DNA of 64,000 bases from Phoronis australis (Eukaryota; Animalia; Phoronida), in contig NMRA01000163.1 in NCBI GenBank assembly GCA_002633005.1, positions 432,203 to 496,202 on the forward strand. Direction: 5' to 3'. Positions within the stretch are counted from its first letter, which is position 1. Each line of letters opens with the position of its first letter. Of the stretch, positions 1-13,732 are shown in pieces. A program made the position numbers and the translations under genes. The notes under the pieces are model-generated. The model saw only the letters and a list, made by a program, of their open reading frames with translations, made no database searches and was not told where the DNA came from.

Positions 1-659
1 CAACAGCAATCTTAAATTTGTAAATGAGAACCCCCACTGCGATTGTATATTCTTTGTTTTGTAGAGGTCCAGCTGTAAATAAAACTGTTTGAAATAGACA
101 TGCCTGTTTTAATAAAAGCAACGAAATATTTACTTTGATTACGAAGACAATGCTTCCCCGTATTGGCGCAAACAACTGCTTAGCCTAATCTACAATTGAT
201 TGTATGTCAATCAGTAATAGTGCATCATTCGACGGCTTAATTAACGTTCATAATTGAGATATATTTTGACTGACACAAAACTAATTAGTTCGTAATATCA
301 CGCCATTTTCATGAACGAGATAGCTATCAATTAGTCTAATTAGCTAATCCCACTCGGTCAATGAATAAGAAACGTATGCGAAAAATGACGATCAACACCC
401 GAAGGCTGTACCACATGCTGCTAGAAAAAGGTAGAACTTGAACGACGAGTCACCACCGTTCACGGTTTTATAAAACTTGGCAATTACTGATAATAGCCTC
501 GTGAAAACAGGCTTCTCTTCTGTAGCACAGGTATCCGAAAATTCATCATTGCCTTCCATATAACCGTAGAAACTGCAGTGTTCCCGACATTCCGGCCCTA
601 ACAATCCCTGGTACCAGTCAAACAAGTTTCCTTTAAATGAGCAACGTATTATGGCCTAC

Positions 660-800
660 TTCGGGAGCAGACGGTACAGCAACTCTTCGACACGTCGTTT
701 TTCGTCAAGATACTGCCCTGTACGTTGTTCGACTACACCCTCCAAGTTATTGGCATAGGATTCCATCCTTTTAAGTAGGTCATCCATTAAGTTAGATCGC
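660..800 (-). CDS. rGC exon 17 (signalling/dimerisation helix)
   Basis: [46 protein letters not shown]; ttcag acceptor, gtaggc donor. Confidence 0.95.
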
Positions 801-3800
801 CTGAAATCACAAACTTATTTGAACAAAGATGAGGCAAGTACATTTTTACAAAAATATAAACCTAAAGTATTAAATTGCAATGGCGTGGCAACATTAAAGG
901 TTTCGCAATTGTTGTCACGACAATTAAAGGAAAACCAACAGCAAGTGAAATGAGCAAAAAAATTCCGAGTCAAGATAAGTAATAACTCATACCCTAAGTC
1001 TCCCGAAATGTTTCGCAGCCTTTGCTTAAAGTCGTGTAACTTTATTCTTCTATCTGGTTGTTCTTCCCAGCAACTACACACGAGGTCATTAATATCAGGT
1101 GGACAATCGTGTTTGCTTATCTTTGGCCGCGTCAGTGGGTGAAGTCCGGCAGTCACTTCGTTGATAATTTCTACAAGAAGTCGTTAACAGTTACAAAGTG
1201 AAAAATTGGAATTCCGAGCACTTGCTCACTCTGCTTTTATTTGTAGATGTACAGTGTATGTGTCTGTCTGACTTAGAGCCAAACTGTGAATGTAAGATTC
1301 ACGATATCGTTGAGGACTACAGAGACAACCAAACGCCGGAACATTCAGTCTGAAGTTGCTGCCTCTCCAACTTCATAACGTATCGAAATATTGACCACTG
1401 GTTATACATGTAATTGACGGCTCATTGGCTGATGTGGGTGGCAGAGGACCAGGAGTCCTGCCCCCTCACTTGATCCTGGACAAAAAGAAAATAGTAAAAA
1501 TCGTGGGCGTGTGCTTTTATGTGAGTGTGTGTACGTGTGTTGGGGGTACAGATATCACATAATAAAAATGTTGCACCCTTATGAAATCCGACTCCTCACG
1601 ATGCTGTCAGATGTGCCGCACTCAAACTGCACCCAGAACCTTCAGGGGATTGCATTGAGTGGTAGCATGTCCATGGTGAAAAACACGTTCGATTGTTTAT
1701 GCATAAACGCCGGTTGGGAGAAAGTACAATACGAGCTCGGACATTTTATGAAGTTCAGAATTAGAAATGTTTATTGTACATGTACATGTATGTAGGCCTT
1801 GGCCTCATAATACAATTTTACAATGATAAAACCATAGCTCTTAGCACCGTTGTTCTTGAACTGTATAGCGCCAGGCTTTTTAGTTGGTCATGGATTTGAA
1901 ATAATTAACTACTCCGACACCATTCGTCATATTCTACAGCAAATTTCTGCGCACAGGACAGGACAGGGACATATAAAATGAATCTCGTTTTTAATTTGAC
2001 CTGTATTGCATATTCCACAAATTCTTTCATCCTCTGTTATACCTGGGCTGCCGCCCTATTTCAATGTAAAGCTTGTGCATTGAACACCTGAAGCGAGCAA
2101 GTACTTTCCTTAGGCAGGGGTCTAAAACGTGCATCTACATGTACATGTACAGGTATGTTTCACACTGTAGTTCCGTTTTCATGGTACAACAGAAGTGACA
2201 TTTAGTCGAATTATTAATGACAGAGGGCCAATTTTGTACGTCACACTCAATAAATCTCTGACCAAATTCTGAAAGGATTATATAAATCTTCGTCACCCGG
2301 TCCGTAAATCAATACCTTTCCAAACCCGTACATGTAGGTGTACAGTAGCATTTTTACAGAACATGGCCATTTGTGCCTGCCACTGTCCTGATGTTGCCGT
2401 GACATACTGTACTGTACACATGTATTGTAACACTTAATTGGATATCTAGGAGGCTTCATCTGAAGCAGCTTTAGTGTGCAACTCATATCTTCCACAGTCG
2501 CCCGTAGCCATGACATTTGACGTCAGTTTGTTCAATCGCAAGGCATACTTGCACAAATTATTACGAACACTTTCTGTAAACAATTGCGACACTCCAAATC
2601 TCTGCACCATAGGTTAAATTTGGTAGAATCATATTCACCTTAAAAAGGGCTGAAGGTGAAAAGCAATGTAATTTAGACAAAAACGCGTTTATCAAATGCA
2701 ATGCTTTTCGAGACTATACTGCAAGAACTTTGCAGGCTTGACTTCAGTTGAAGTGACAGGAGAATGTAACACTTAGGTATTTATAATACAGTTTGGTTTC
2801 AATTAATTTCACTCCAAAGTACCATTTTTCGCGTGAACAGACGACACCACCACGCATGTAAGTAATAACATTTAGTTTTTTTCTGGATTCACTGTAAGAT
2901 GCCAATTTTCATAAATCTTCAGCAATGTTTTCGTAATGTATACGTTTTTCCGCAAGATAAAAAGACGGGAAACCTCGACGCTTCAAATGCCTTGGCGAAA
3001 TCAACATATGCACAGTAAACTTTTCCTCGTTGTTTTGTTCAGTATTTCTGGATTAAGCTTTGTAAAATAGCGTAAAATTGTTCTCTATTCAAAAATATCC
3101 TGCACGAAACCGGCCTTTTCCTTTGGAATGCATTTAGCGACGTTTGACCATTCAGTGAGCTTCTTGTTGAGAATGGATTTAATTTTTTTTACTTAATATA
3201 TCGTCAAGTAAAGACATTCCTCTGTAATTGCTTTTATTACTCTTGTCTCCCGTTTTGTGTAGCAGTATGATAATACTTTTGGACAAAGCTTCAGGAGAAG
3301 TTTCCGTGTTGAAAATTCTATTTAATACATGTAGATCGTGCAACACTGTAGTTAGAGTTTCGACGGATAGCTTGGAAAATTCATTTCTTACACCGTCCTC
3401 ACCCGGCGATGTGCTATTTTTGAAAGATTAAATGAGTTGTAGGATTTCATTTTGGCTGATACTCTCATTTATATTGTGAAGGTCGCCGTAAAGAGTATCG
3501 TTTGCACGTCTCGCAATCAGCGTCATGGTTGTACAAAGTTTTGGTCACGGTCTCAGAAAATGTTCTACTTTCCTGCTCTCGTTGAGGACTGAACAGATTC
3601 TTAAAATAGCTGAATCACTCCCTTTCCGATATTGAAGTATCCGAGTCAGAGCTTGGATTGGTTTATGATAACGTTTTTTTATCGCTCCCAAAACTTTACA
3701 GTACCGCAAACCTTATCACATAATTCACTTTGACATTTGGCCTATGTACACTTTCTTCTATTAGGCTAAGTATACGTAAATAAAACATTATTCTGACTGC

Positions 3801-6800
3801 ACCACCAACAATATCATTTACCTAATAACATGTAGAAAATGTTCCATTCAATATGTAGGACAAACTAAACATAATCTACAAACTCGTTTTTGCAATCATA
3901 GATTTAACATAATACATAAAAACATTTCTGATACTGTAGGTAATCATTTCAATTCCAAAAAACATAATCTACAAGATCTTTCTGTACAAATAATAGAGAA
4001 ACTCCAATACCCCAGTACCCCTCACAGACTCAAAAGAGAACAATTTTGGATAAATAAGCTTAACACACTTGAACCTAATGATTGAACATAAAGACTTCTT
4101 CCTTTATTTTTTCCGCAACAATGTAACATGCTCATTTCGCCATACATGTACATCAGGGCCGAGTTGCATAAAGCTTCAAAAGATATCCGCTGGATAAGTT
4201 TGATTGTTGCATGACGTCATGTGCAGTGTTCAACAATAATAACGTGACGCGTGATAATGCGACGTCATTGTTGCTATACGGCGTATAACTTTTATGCAAC
4301 TGGGCCCAGATGTGAATTGTCATATAGTGTTTGATTTTACTTTATTTCTGTTTCTGTTGACGAAGGATGTTACTGTATGGGAAAATTTCATAGAGACATT
4401 TTTGTTGTTTTATTTACGTATATTCATTCTACTTTTCGACAAACAAGTGTATCCTTTAGAGGATCTGGATCGCCTCTTTTAGTTTCGGATTTATTTTCTA
4501 CGTTATTTCTATTAGGCTCAAACACTCTAATTTACTTGTACGTTTTAAGTCTTTCATTTTCATAATGTAGACCAATGAAATCCCAATTATTAAGCACAAC
4601 GATGCTTTGGTGAGTGTGGTAGTCAAGCCCGGTTTCCCTATTTTTCAAAAATAAAAAAGAAATATAAACTATGAGTAACCTTCACTTAAATAGTTCTTGG
4701 CAACGAAATGATAATTACAGTATGGTACTAAAGACTAAAAAAAGAAGTGAATTAGGCAACGCATTAGAACTGATGATGCACCTGTAGTCACGAGCTTCAG
4801 TCACGGAGGCATTGCTGTGCATAGATGTAACTAATGACGACATTTACATGTACTTTACAAACAGGCTTACAGGAAACTGTTTTCAATGATTTGACACTAA
4901 GGAAATTGCCGATAGGTATCTTTGCCCCAGTAAGAATGCTTATTGTGATCAGGTGATTTCAGAAAGCTGTTGGTTAATGTAATTATCGCCGTCTACTTCA
5001 AACACCGGGATAGTAGAGGAACTTTCATGAGCTGCTAACCGTCACAACTTTTAAGTGACAAGTCTAATCATATTTTCTTCAGCAATTGTCTAACAAAAAT
5101 TCTTTTTTACGAGAACAGCCCCAGAAATCGCTTTCGCATTACATCCAGGTTCTCATTCACTCCTTTGCATTCATCCACTAGTAGGTACAAGTTCGTTGGT
5201 GACTGGAATGCCATGTAACGGTGATTTAGAATTGACCAGTCTTCAACACAGCCCATGTTCTGTCGTAAATGAGTCAAGTCCATGGTTTTTACCACATAAT
5301 AGCCAAATATGTCGAAAGGAAGAAAGGGGACGGACGTTCTGAGATCTGTTGACAACAGACTTGACTCGACTTTAAGGAAGTTTCAAAACTGCTCCAAACC
5401 CGTTTCAAAGTTAACGAGGGTTACAGAATATTCCTTATCTAGTCGTAACCAACATAATTTAATATACCAACAAAAGGATTTATAATTAGTGTTCTTTTAA
5501 GCGAGTGGGTCGAAGAAAACTTCCCTTCACAAGATTACCATGAATGTTCTGAGCCCATCGCAATATAATTAATGATCTGCCTACGTCTTTCGTTTCACTA
5601 TTACTTTACTAGCTGCTCAGTTACGATCAGACCATGTCGTGGATTTCGTGACATTGAAATTCACGGATAAAGTCAAAATCACAGTTTAGGGAAATTGTTC
5701 CCTAGCAGCAGACAGCGTATCTACATTTCCAGTCAGCAGGTGGCAATATTTCCCACGAACCTTTACACGTCTGGTTCTAGAGATGGTCAATTTGCTTACC
5801 CTCAGGATCTTCTAGATCTCCTGTGAAGAAGGGTCCCTGTCTCAGTAGGATCTCCTGAAGAATGATTCCGAGACTGTACATGTCTAGAGCCTCTTTGTCT
5901 TTCACTTTCTCAATTGACTGCCGCAACAGTTCTGGAGCACTCCATAAGAGATCTTAACACACAGAAACTGAACGTTAGAAAATCCATGACTTGGAAAAAT
6001 AGACAATAATCCAAGTTAAAATGCCATCAGTCCTTTATGATAGGCCTAAATCTCGGGCGCAATACGTTCCAAATGGGAAGCAGATGGCTACATGTACGGA
6101 GCCATTTGAACACAATTAACTTCATCCACGTGTGAAGCACGGTCACTACAGTTAATTTAACAGCTATACAAAAAAATTTGAAAACCATTGAAGTACTTTC
6201 AAACCTACCTTTTGCTTTTGCAGTTTTAAGGGAACCGAAAATATTACGGTGGCCAAAGTCGGATAATTTCACCACAAATCGACTGTCCAGTAAGCAATTG
6301 GACGTCTTTAAATTACCGTGGTGCTTTAGAAAACTAGTTCTTATGTAGCCAAGTCCCTGAAATAGATAAGTAATGGTTATATCCCAAAGTGTAAACGAAT
6401 TACCATCCTCTATGCATTTGTATATGTAGATCCCACCTTCAGATAGACTAACATCATAGGTTTCTAGTGTGAAAATATTTTTCAATTTGTTGACACAAAT
6501 AAGCCAGTGTTCAAAACAGCTTTTTTGATTTAGGTAATGAAGTTAAACTTTCCAAGGTTGAAAATATATGTATATCCCAGTCAAATGAAAATGATTTATT
6601 TTAGAAAACCACCTATAAGATATTTTACACAACCACAATAATGTATTCCTGTGAAGATGACGCAAGAGAGCGAATAAATGGTAGTTTCTTTTTTTCGTAC
6701 TAATAACGACTTCAATGCCAAATGCAAACGCCATCTTGGCATTGTTTTGGCAAAATAAGCTGTTTTATCCCGTGCAAGTTGAGTCAGTAGAGAGAAATAC

Positions 6801-9800
6801 GGACATGTAATATTTTCCGTATTCACCTCCCGCACTACTTCAACAGCGACCTCTGACACGGAAAGTTCAAAAGGTACACTGTAGGTCAACGTCGACTCGA
6901 CGTCGATAGCCGGTTCAATCATCAAAATAGTTAAAAGTAATGCAGTTGCAACAGTGTAAGTAACATTCAACATGCAATCAGGTCTCAATCGTAACATCCG
7001 TAACAGGACTGTTAATTATATGACAGTTCTGTCTTAGTTTTCAATTATTAAATACATGTATGTCGCGGTCTGCAACTCAGGCGCCGATTCCTCGGTAACT
7101 ACAATTTAACATATTGTTGTTATTTAACTATTTTTAGGGGATGTTACAAGTTCAATGCACAGTTACCGTTGTTTTCATCTTTGTTGTCTCTTTTCAGGTA
7201 ATTTAAAACTGTTTCTTTTACCAGAGAAAAATGGCAACCTAACGCGCAAGTACACTGTATACATATAGGATGTGATCCGTCACGTGAACAGTTTGAGTGA
7301 AGTATTTGAAAAATCTGGCGAAAAAATGAAAGGAACTTAGGAAGTTGATGCGTATAGGATAAATACTAAACCTACCTCGACTGGCATAGGTGATGTAATA
7401 TCCCACTCGACATTATTCCGTGGGTCTCGGTCGATACTCGAAATAATGTCTCGTGGGATATTACAGCTGTACTTCATCAACGCCACTCTCGGTACGTTTT
7501 GTGTATATGTCATGGATGGTATGTTATACTTACGTGAATTATGTCTTGAATAAGGGAGTGTTTGAAAGTCCAGTCGAGTTTAATGTCGTCGTTCGATAAC
7601 ATGTCCTGAATAAAGGGATAAAAATGCTGTTGTTGTAATTTCCTCACAACTACTCATATCAGTAGGCAATACATTCACCAACTCTCGAAATTACCAAATT
7701 AGGCAGGTTATTCTTATAAAATTGGTGTCGTATAATTAAAAAAAATAATTGCAGGTGGTCTGATACACGGTGTACCAAACGTCCGCAGGCTGCGCATGTG
7801 GGACCATTGCGCTGATCACCTAGAACCATATTTATGCTATATTATGATATAGTTAAAACCGAACTGAGGAGCTAGAAACCTGACTCAAGAGTTTAGCAGT
7901 GTGACCCAGTGGGACTCGAACCCACGACTTCGAGTAAAGAAAACGGACACCTATCATCACACTAGGAAACACTGCCTCCTCTTGTTATATAATTCCTGGT
8001 ATGGTACTACATGTATTTGCCTTATCAACAACAACATCGATACCATCAGCGATTGAAAAAAATGTCTCAGAGTCTATTGTGGCAGGCCCTAAAACAGACA
8101 ATTCGAAATTGGCGCATGTACAGTACGTCATTCCTGTCGTGACTTGATGTGGTAGCGGAAATGGAATCCTATGACTGTAAGAAATATCATGAGAGCAATT
8201 CCCTAATTCTGATTTTTTTGTTATCTAGATGAACAGGGCGAAACGCAGCTTGAAGTGCCGTAGTCTCAAACCCCATCCATGTTCCTTCTCATTTTCCTCT
8301 CTCCCGCTCTCCTTCTCGGTCCTTACTCATTTAGTGTTTTCGAGCCACCCAATTTCCCGGTAAGATGCTAAGAAAATATACTTAAGATATATATTAAGAA
8401 AAATGCAAGGTACAATAATAAGCATTAGAAAACGTTATATATGACGTTCAAGTTGACCTTGGCGCAAAACCAGTTCCGGAACAATATGTTAGTGAGTAAC
8501 TACACTGTTTCACAGTACAACGAAAGGTAGCACTGTGGTATGTTGTTTATCATAGCTTCTCATTTGTTAAAATAATGAAACCGACGTCATAACATTCAGT
8601 CATTACCATTGGTTGAAATCTGGGGAACCTCTTTCAGCCTGTTACGTAGCATGGCAACCACCATTGACTTGAATAGTTGCAATTTACTAAAACGGGCAGT
8701 AACCGAAGTAAACAAAATCATAGGAACCCCGATCCCGTAGATAAGCCCAAACAAGTACAGTGCACAGAAGGCGTGTGCAAGTAGTGGGGATGAGATCGAT
8801 AAACTTCCGACCAAGAATGCGCATTGAAGCCCACACACGGAATTCCGCGTGTCGTTCATCATGTTTCCACAGGGTCACTTTTCAGTATAGATGGCACTGT
8901 GTCAGAGGGTAGTGAACAACTTGAACTTGGTTTCCGCTGTGTGGGGACCTGTAATACAAACCTGGGTAGAGTTCAGAAGCGCTAGGACCTACGCTAGGAC
9001 CTGGCTAAAATCTAGCCAAAATCACGTGTTCTCAATTAAAATGCATGATCACATCTCAAGTAATCTCGTGAGGTCCTAGCGTTAGTGAACTCTATCTACC
9101 CTGTACTCGATATGAGCAGCACAGACTCGTAATGAGCAGCACGGACTCGCCATGAGCAAAATTGAGCGGCAAAAACATTCCTGACAGGGAGGACCAGATA
9201 GTTACCTCATTATTCATGAATGTTTGCGATGAAACTGTGGGCATGTGATAAGTGTAAGAGCAGTCATTGGATTTAACATATCAACAAGGCCTGTACAGTC
9301 CGCCCACAAGACTGATCTTTTGGTTGGAAGTTGCCGGCGCGTTTTCGCTGCATGGTTTGGCAAGATCTTTGGGGTTAAGTTCCAAAATGTATATAAGTCT
9401 ATAAGTCTGCACACCGTGTATGCGAAGTATTGGCACTCATGGCTTCTGGTTCAAGCAATTAAGCATTTGTGACACTCTAAAACTATTTGTACAGATGCGT
9501 CATAAGCCGAACATACGCGACTGTACGAACTCATCATGAGCAACTGTACCGCTTGTAATTGATGTCTTCAGTGTAAGTGTAGTACTGCGCTCAAATTATT
9601 CAAGTACGTAAAACAGAGACGGATCTACGGGGGGGGGGGTTCACGAGTTCAAACCCTCCCTCGGGACAGGATCAAAAATTAAAATTAAAAAGATGTCGCT
9701 AGGAAAACGAAATCAGCTACTAAAAACCAAAATAAATCTTTCACGGGAGGAGGGAAATATCCTCCCGACCTTCCCTCCGCTAGTCGCTACGCGCCTCGGA

Positions 9801-12800
9801 TTCTCGAGAATCCTAACCCCCCACCCTTACTGAAAACGTAGATCTGCCGCTGGTAAAGAGAGTTACATATTCCTTGACGTGAAACAGACGATCGAGCCGG
9901 TCTCACCTCCTCTATTGGTGACTGAAGCTGATATACGGATGTTTCCACATGGATTTAGCTCTTTAAAAAATATCTAATGACATTGTTGATACACTTGCAG
10001 TTTGTGTTTTTAGTCGGTGAGCCAGATTCAAAAAAATAATTTAGTTTGTTTCACCGCCAGCTATTCACGGTTAACTAAAGATAGGCAGTGACTCTAAACC
10101 CTGCTCATCAGACAAAAAGGCCACACAAGCGTTTGGTCAAACTTTTTCCACAGATATGCATTCCCGTGGACGGAAAACTCAGAAAAACAATTTTTAATAA
10201 AAACTTCACAACTTTGGTTTGGAATGAGGTAGAAACACAATTTTCAAAACATTCTACAGCACATTTGTGCCCTGTTACAGCGGAAAATAAATCGAATTAT
10301 ATTTGTCGTTTAAAAGTCAGTTATGTGAAGTGCAGTACGATTTGGAGGGTCCTTTGTCGTAAAACACGCCTTGAGGAGGCAGTGTGGCCTGGTTGATAAG
10401 TGCCCGCTTTCTTTACTCGAAGTCGTGGGTTCGAGTCTCACCAGGTCACACTGCTAAACCCTTGAGCCAGGTTTCTAGCTCCTCAGCTCGGTTTTAACCA
10501 TATATCAATAAAGCATAAAAATATTTCCAGGTGATCAGTGCAATGGGCCCACATGCGAGGCCTGCGCACGTCTGGTACAACGTGTATCAGACCGCCTGCA
10601 ATAAAAAAAAACAAAAAAAAAACACGTCTTCGATTACCCTAGTGCTCATATCTTCCAGTGTTTTTGCAATGACTATTTTCTGCGCATGATGAGGAAATTT
10701 TAAGTAGGTTAATACGCGCATACAAACAGATTTTGTACTAAAAATAGCTTTTACTTGCGTATTTTTGCGTCACTTTAGACTCCCAAAGCTGTTGTTTTTT
10801 ACATACTTAGCATTTTTATCGATTTTTGGTGATTTTCTCATTAAGTTTAAGTGTTTGCTCATAGTTTTACTTAGACACCGTTATTAAATATACGAGCATT
10901 AGGGAATAACATGCACTTTCGCTGACGGAAAAACGCATTTGAATGTTTGATTTTTGTTGTAATTGATAAATACGTTATAGGGAATTGTTCACTTGAAGAG
11001 ATAGCTACTGGATGCATTGCTTTAAATTTCATGTTGGCATTACATGCAGTCAAGTTTGTTTAGCACCGTCTTTTAACCAACGTGTCCGTAAACGTTCACA
11101 AATTCTAATGCAAACAGCCACAGCCATCCAGCATATTCATATCGTAATTCTGCATGAGTTGAGTTAATATATAGGTGTCAAACTATGTCCGCAAACGACA
11201 TAACAAGTTATACCATTGATAGGTATTAGATTTTCACTTGACAAGTTTTCCTGTGGAAACAAAAATTTCCTAAATCTAATCCGACACTTGCATAATGTTT
11301 TCGTCACGCACTAGCATGCAACTTCAAGTTGGCGTGGTAAAACGTGTCAATCAAAATGATTTGTGTTTGTGCTGTATTTGCACAGTTCTTGCATATTTTA
11401 CGCACCGCTAGCGACAAAAATAAGACACAATGGCAGGTTGTGATACATGTATTTAAAGGGTTACGTACAGTACACGCGCCTCTTTCAGGGTAAGACGGAC
11501 TGTCTTTCAACTCTGTATTTATTATAGATAACGACGTGCACACGTTTCGTCCTAACTGTGTTGCAATGCCACGTCCCAAGGGACAGACCTTCCACGTTGT
11601 AAGCCATGGAAAATTACCAAAGGAACATCAGAAGCCCTCTTCAAACATATGACATTCGAGTCGTTACCTTTGTCACTGTATACCAACAAGAATATCCTGC
11701 ACTAGTTCAAATTCGCGATTTCCTTCCTTGCATTTTCAAAATCATCCTTTTCTGGATAGGTGGCTGTACTTGGGGAGCAAGTTTTCGGATATACAGAAAT
11801 GATTGACCACGCGACACTTTTCATTGTTGACAGTCTTTATTCCGTTACATTCATATCTTCGGAACAAAACTCTACTCTCAACTGAACATAGATAAAGTAA
11901 CTGAGCTAGCGACATAATTAAAAAGATATTTTACAAAAATGTCATGTCTAATAATTACCTCCAGGACGAACACGCCATTAAGAAAANTCCAGCATATTCA
12001 TATCGTAATTCTGCATGAGTTGAGTTAATATATAGGTGTCAAACTATGTCCGCAAAAGACATAACAAGTTATACCATTGATAGGTATTAGATTTTCACTT
12101 GACAAGTTTTCCCGTGGAAACAAAAATTTCCTAAATCTAATCCGACACTTGCATAATGTTTTCGTCACGCACTAGCATGCAACTTCAAGTTGGCGTGGTA
12201 AAACGTGTCAATCTAAATGATTTCTGTTTGTGCTCTATTTGCACAGTTCTTGCATATTTTACGCTCCGCTAGCGACAAAAATGAGACACAATGGCAGGTT
12301 GTGATACATGTATTTAAAGGGTTACGTACAGTACACGCGCCTCTTTCTGGGTAAGACGGACTGTCTTTCAACTCTGTATTTATTATAGATAACGACGTGC
12401 ACACGTTTCGTCCTAACTGTGTTGCAATGCCACGTCCCAAGGGACAGACCTTCCACGTTGTAAGCCATGGAAAATTACCAAAGGAACATCAGAAGTCCTC
12501 TTCAAACATATGACATTCGAGTCGTTACCTTTGTCACTGTATACCAACAAGAATATCCTGCACTAGTTCAAATTCGCGATTTCCTTCCTTGCATTTTCAA
12601 AATCATCCTTTTCTGGATAGGTGGCTGTACTTGGGGAGCAAGTTTTCGGATATACAGAAATGATTGACCACGCGACACTTTTCATTGTTGACAGTCTTTA
12701 TTCCGTTACATTCATATCTTCGGAACAAAACTCTACTCTCAACTGAACATAGATAAAGTAACTGAGCTAGCGACATAATTAAAAAGATATTTTACAAAAA

Positions 12801-13676
12801 TGTCATGTCTAATAATTACCTCCAGGACGAACACGCCATTAAGAAAATTATTAGGGATGATGTTAAAGTTTGTAAGCCTGATGATTACCTCGATGTTATT
12901 ATTTATCATCGGAGTAGGAAGTCCTCCAACTTGGTCACGAAAAATAAAATAACATTTCTAAAGCGAAAGTCCGCCCCGTTGCACAGTGTAGTGTTGTTTA
13001 TGAGTTTGTATGCCCTATGAACGAATGTCTTCGTTCAAACGTCAAAAAATGTTACATTAGTCAAACGGTTTGCAGTCTTTCCCGTCGGTTATCTACATTT
13101 ATGCAACTTCAAAATGGCTCCATTCAAGATCATTTTCTACAATGTCACGAACTTAAAATCACCCGTCTAGAAATGGTGGAAAACACGTTAATTCTGTACG
13201 TGGAGCACGATGTGTTGCAATTGAAAGTATTAGAGTCTCTTTTAATTGAATTTGAGAAGCCTGTTTTGAATGAGCAGCAAACAGGGTCGTGCCGCACGTT
13301 ACACTTGTTTGCATGATTTTCCTGTTACCCCCTTCATTAGTCATTCTTTGCAGTATTTCACACCCGCCGTGTCCCACTGTGTGTGTCATCAGCTTATGTT
13401 CTGTGGTGGCATTACTGCGTCATTTTATCTTCACTTGAGAATGAAACAAGTATGTTTCGAAATATCGTGTGCCTTTTAATTATGTCGCTAGGTCAGTTAC
13501 TTTACCTATGTTCAGTTGAGAGTAGAGTTTTGTTCCGAAGATATGAACGTAACGGAATAAAGACTGTCAACAATGAAAAGTGTCGTGTGTCAATTCTGGA
13601 TAGGTGAATAAATTGCACCTAATATTTTCCTTTGTTCTGGCTAAAAATCGTCTCGTCAAAGAGGACCAACAACAAG

Positions 13677-13732
<56 letters not shown>

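Noticed and set aside
1-659. Next rGC exon (start of cyclase domain) or ORF 392-625
   Set aside because: No SVAxxL or VTIYFSDIVGFT-like frame found; treated as intron continuing off the window.
6596-6997. 133-aa ORF with a hydrophobic N-terminus
   Set aside because: Lies within rGC intron 13, whose flanking exons join correctly; no recognisable domain.
10373-10450. tRNA gene
   Set aside because: It has A/B boxes but continues into a 230-bp repeated body with a tail and TSD, so it is a SINE head.
11127-12847. 860-bp tandem duplication as a real event (and the duplicate ORFs 11304/12213 and 11606/12467)
   Set aside because: The junction falls exactly on a single N and the copies differ only by scattered SNPs, which is typical of two alleles joined by the scaffolder. 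Long reads would settle it.
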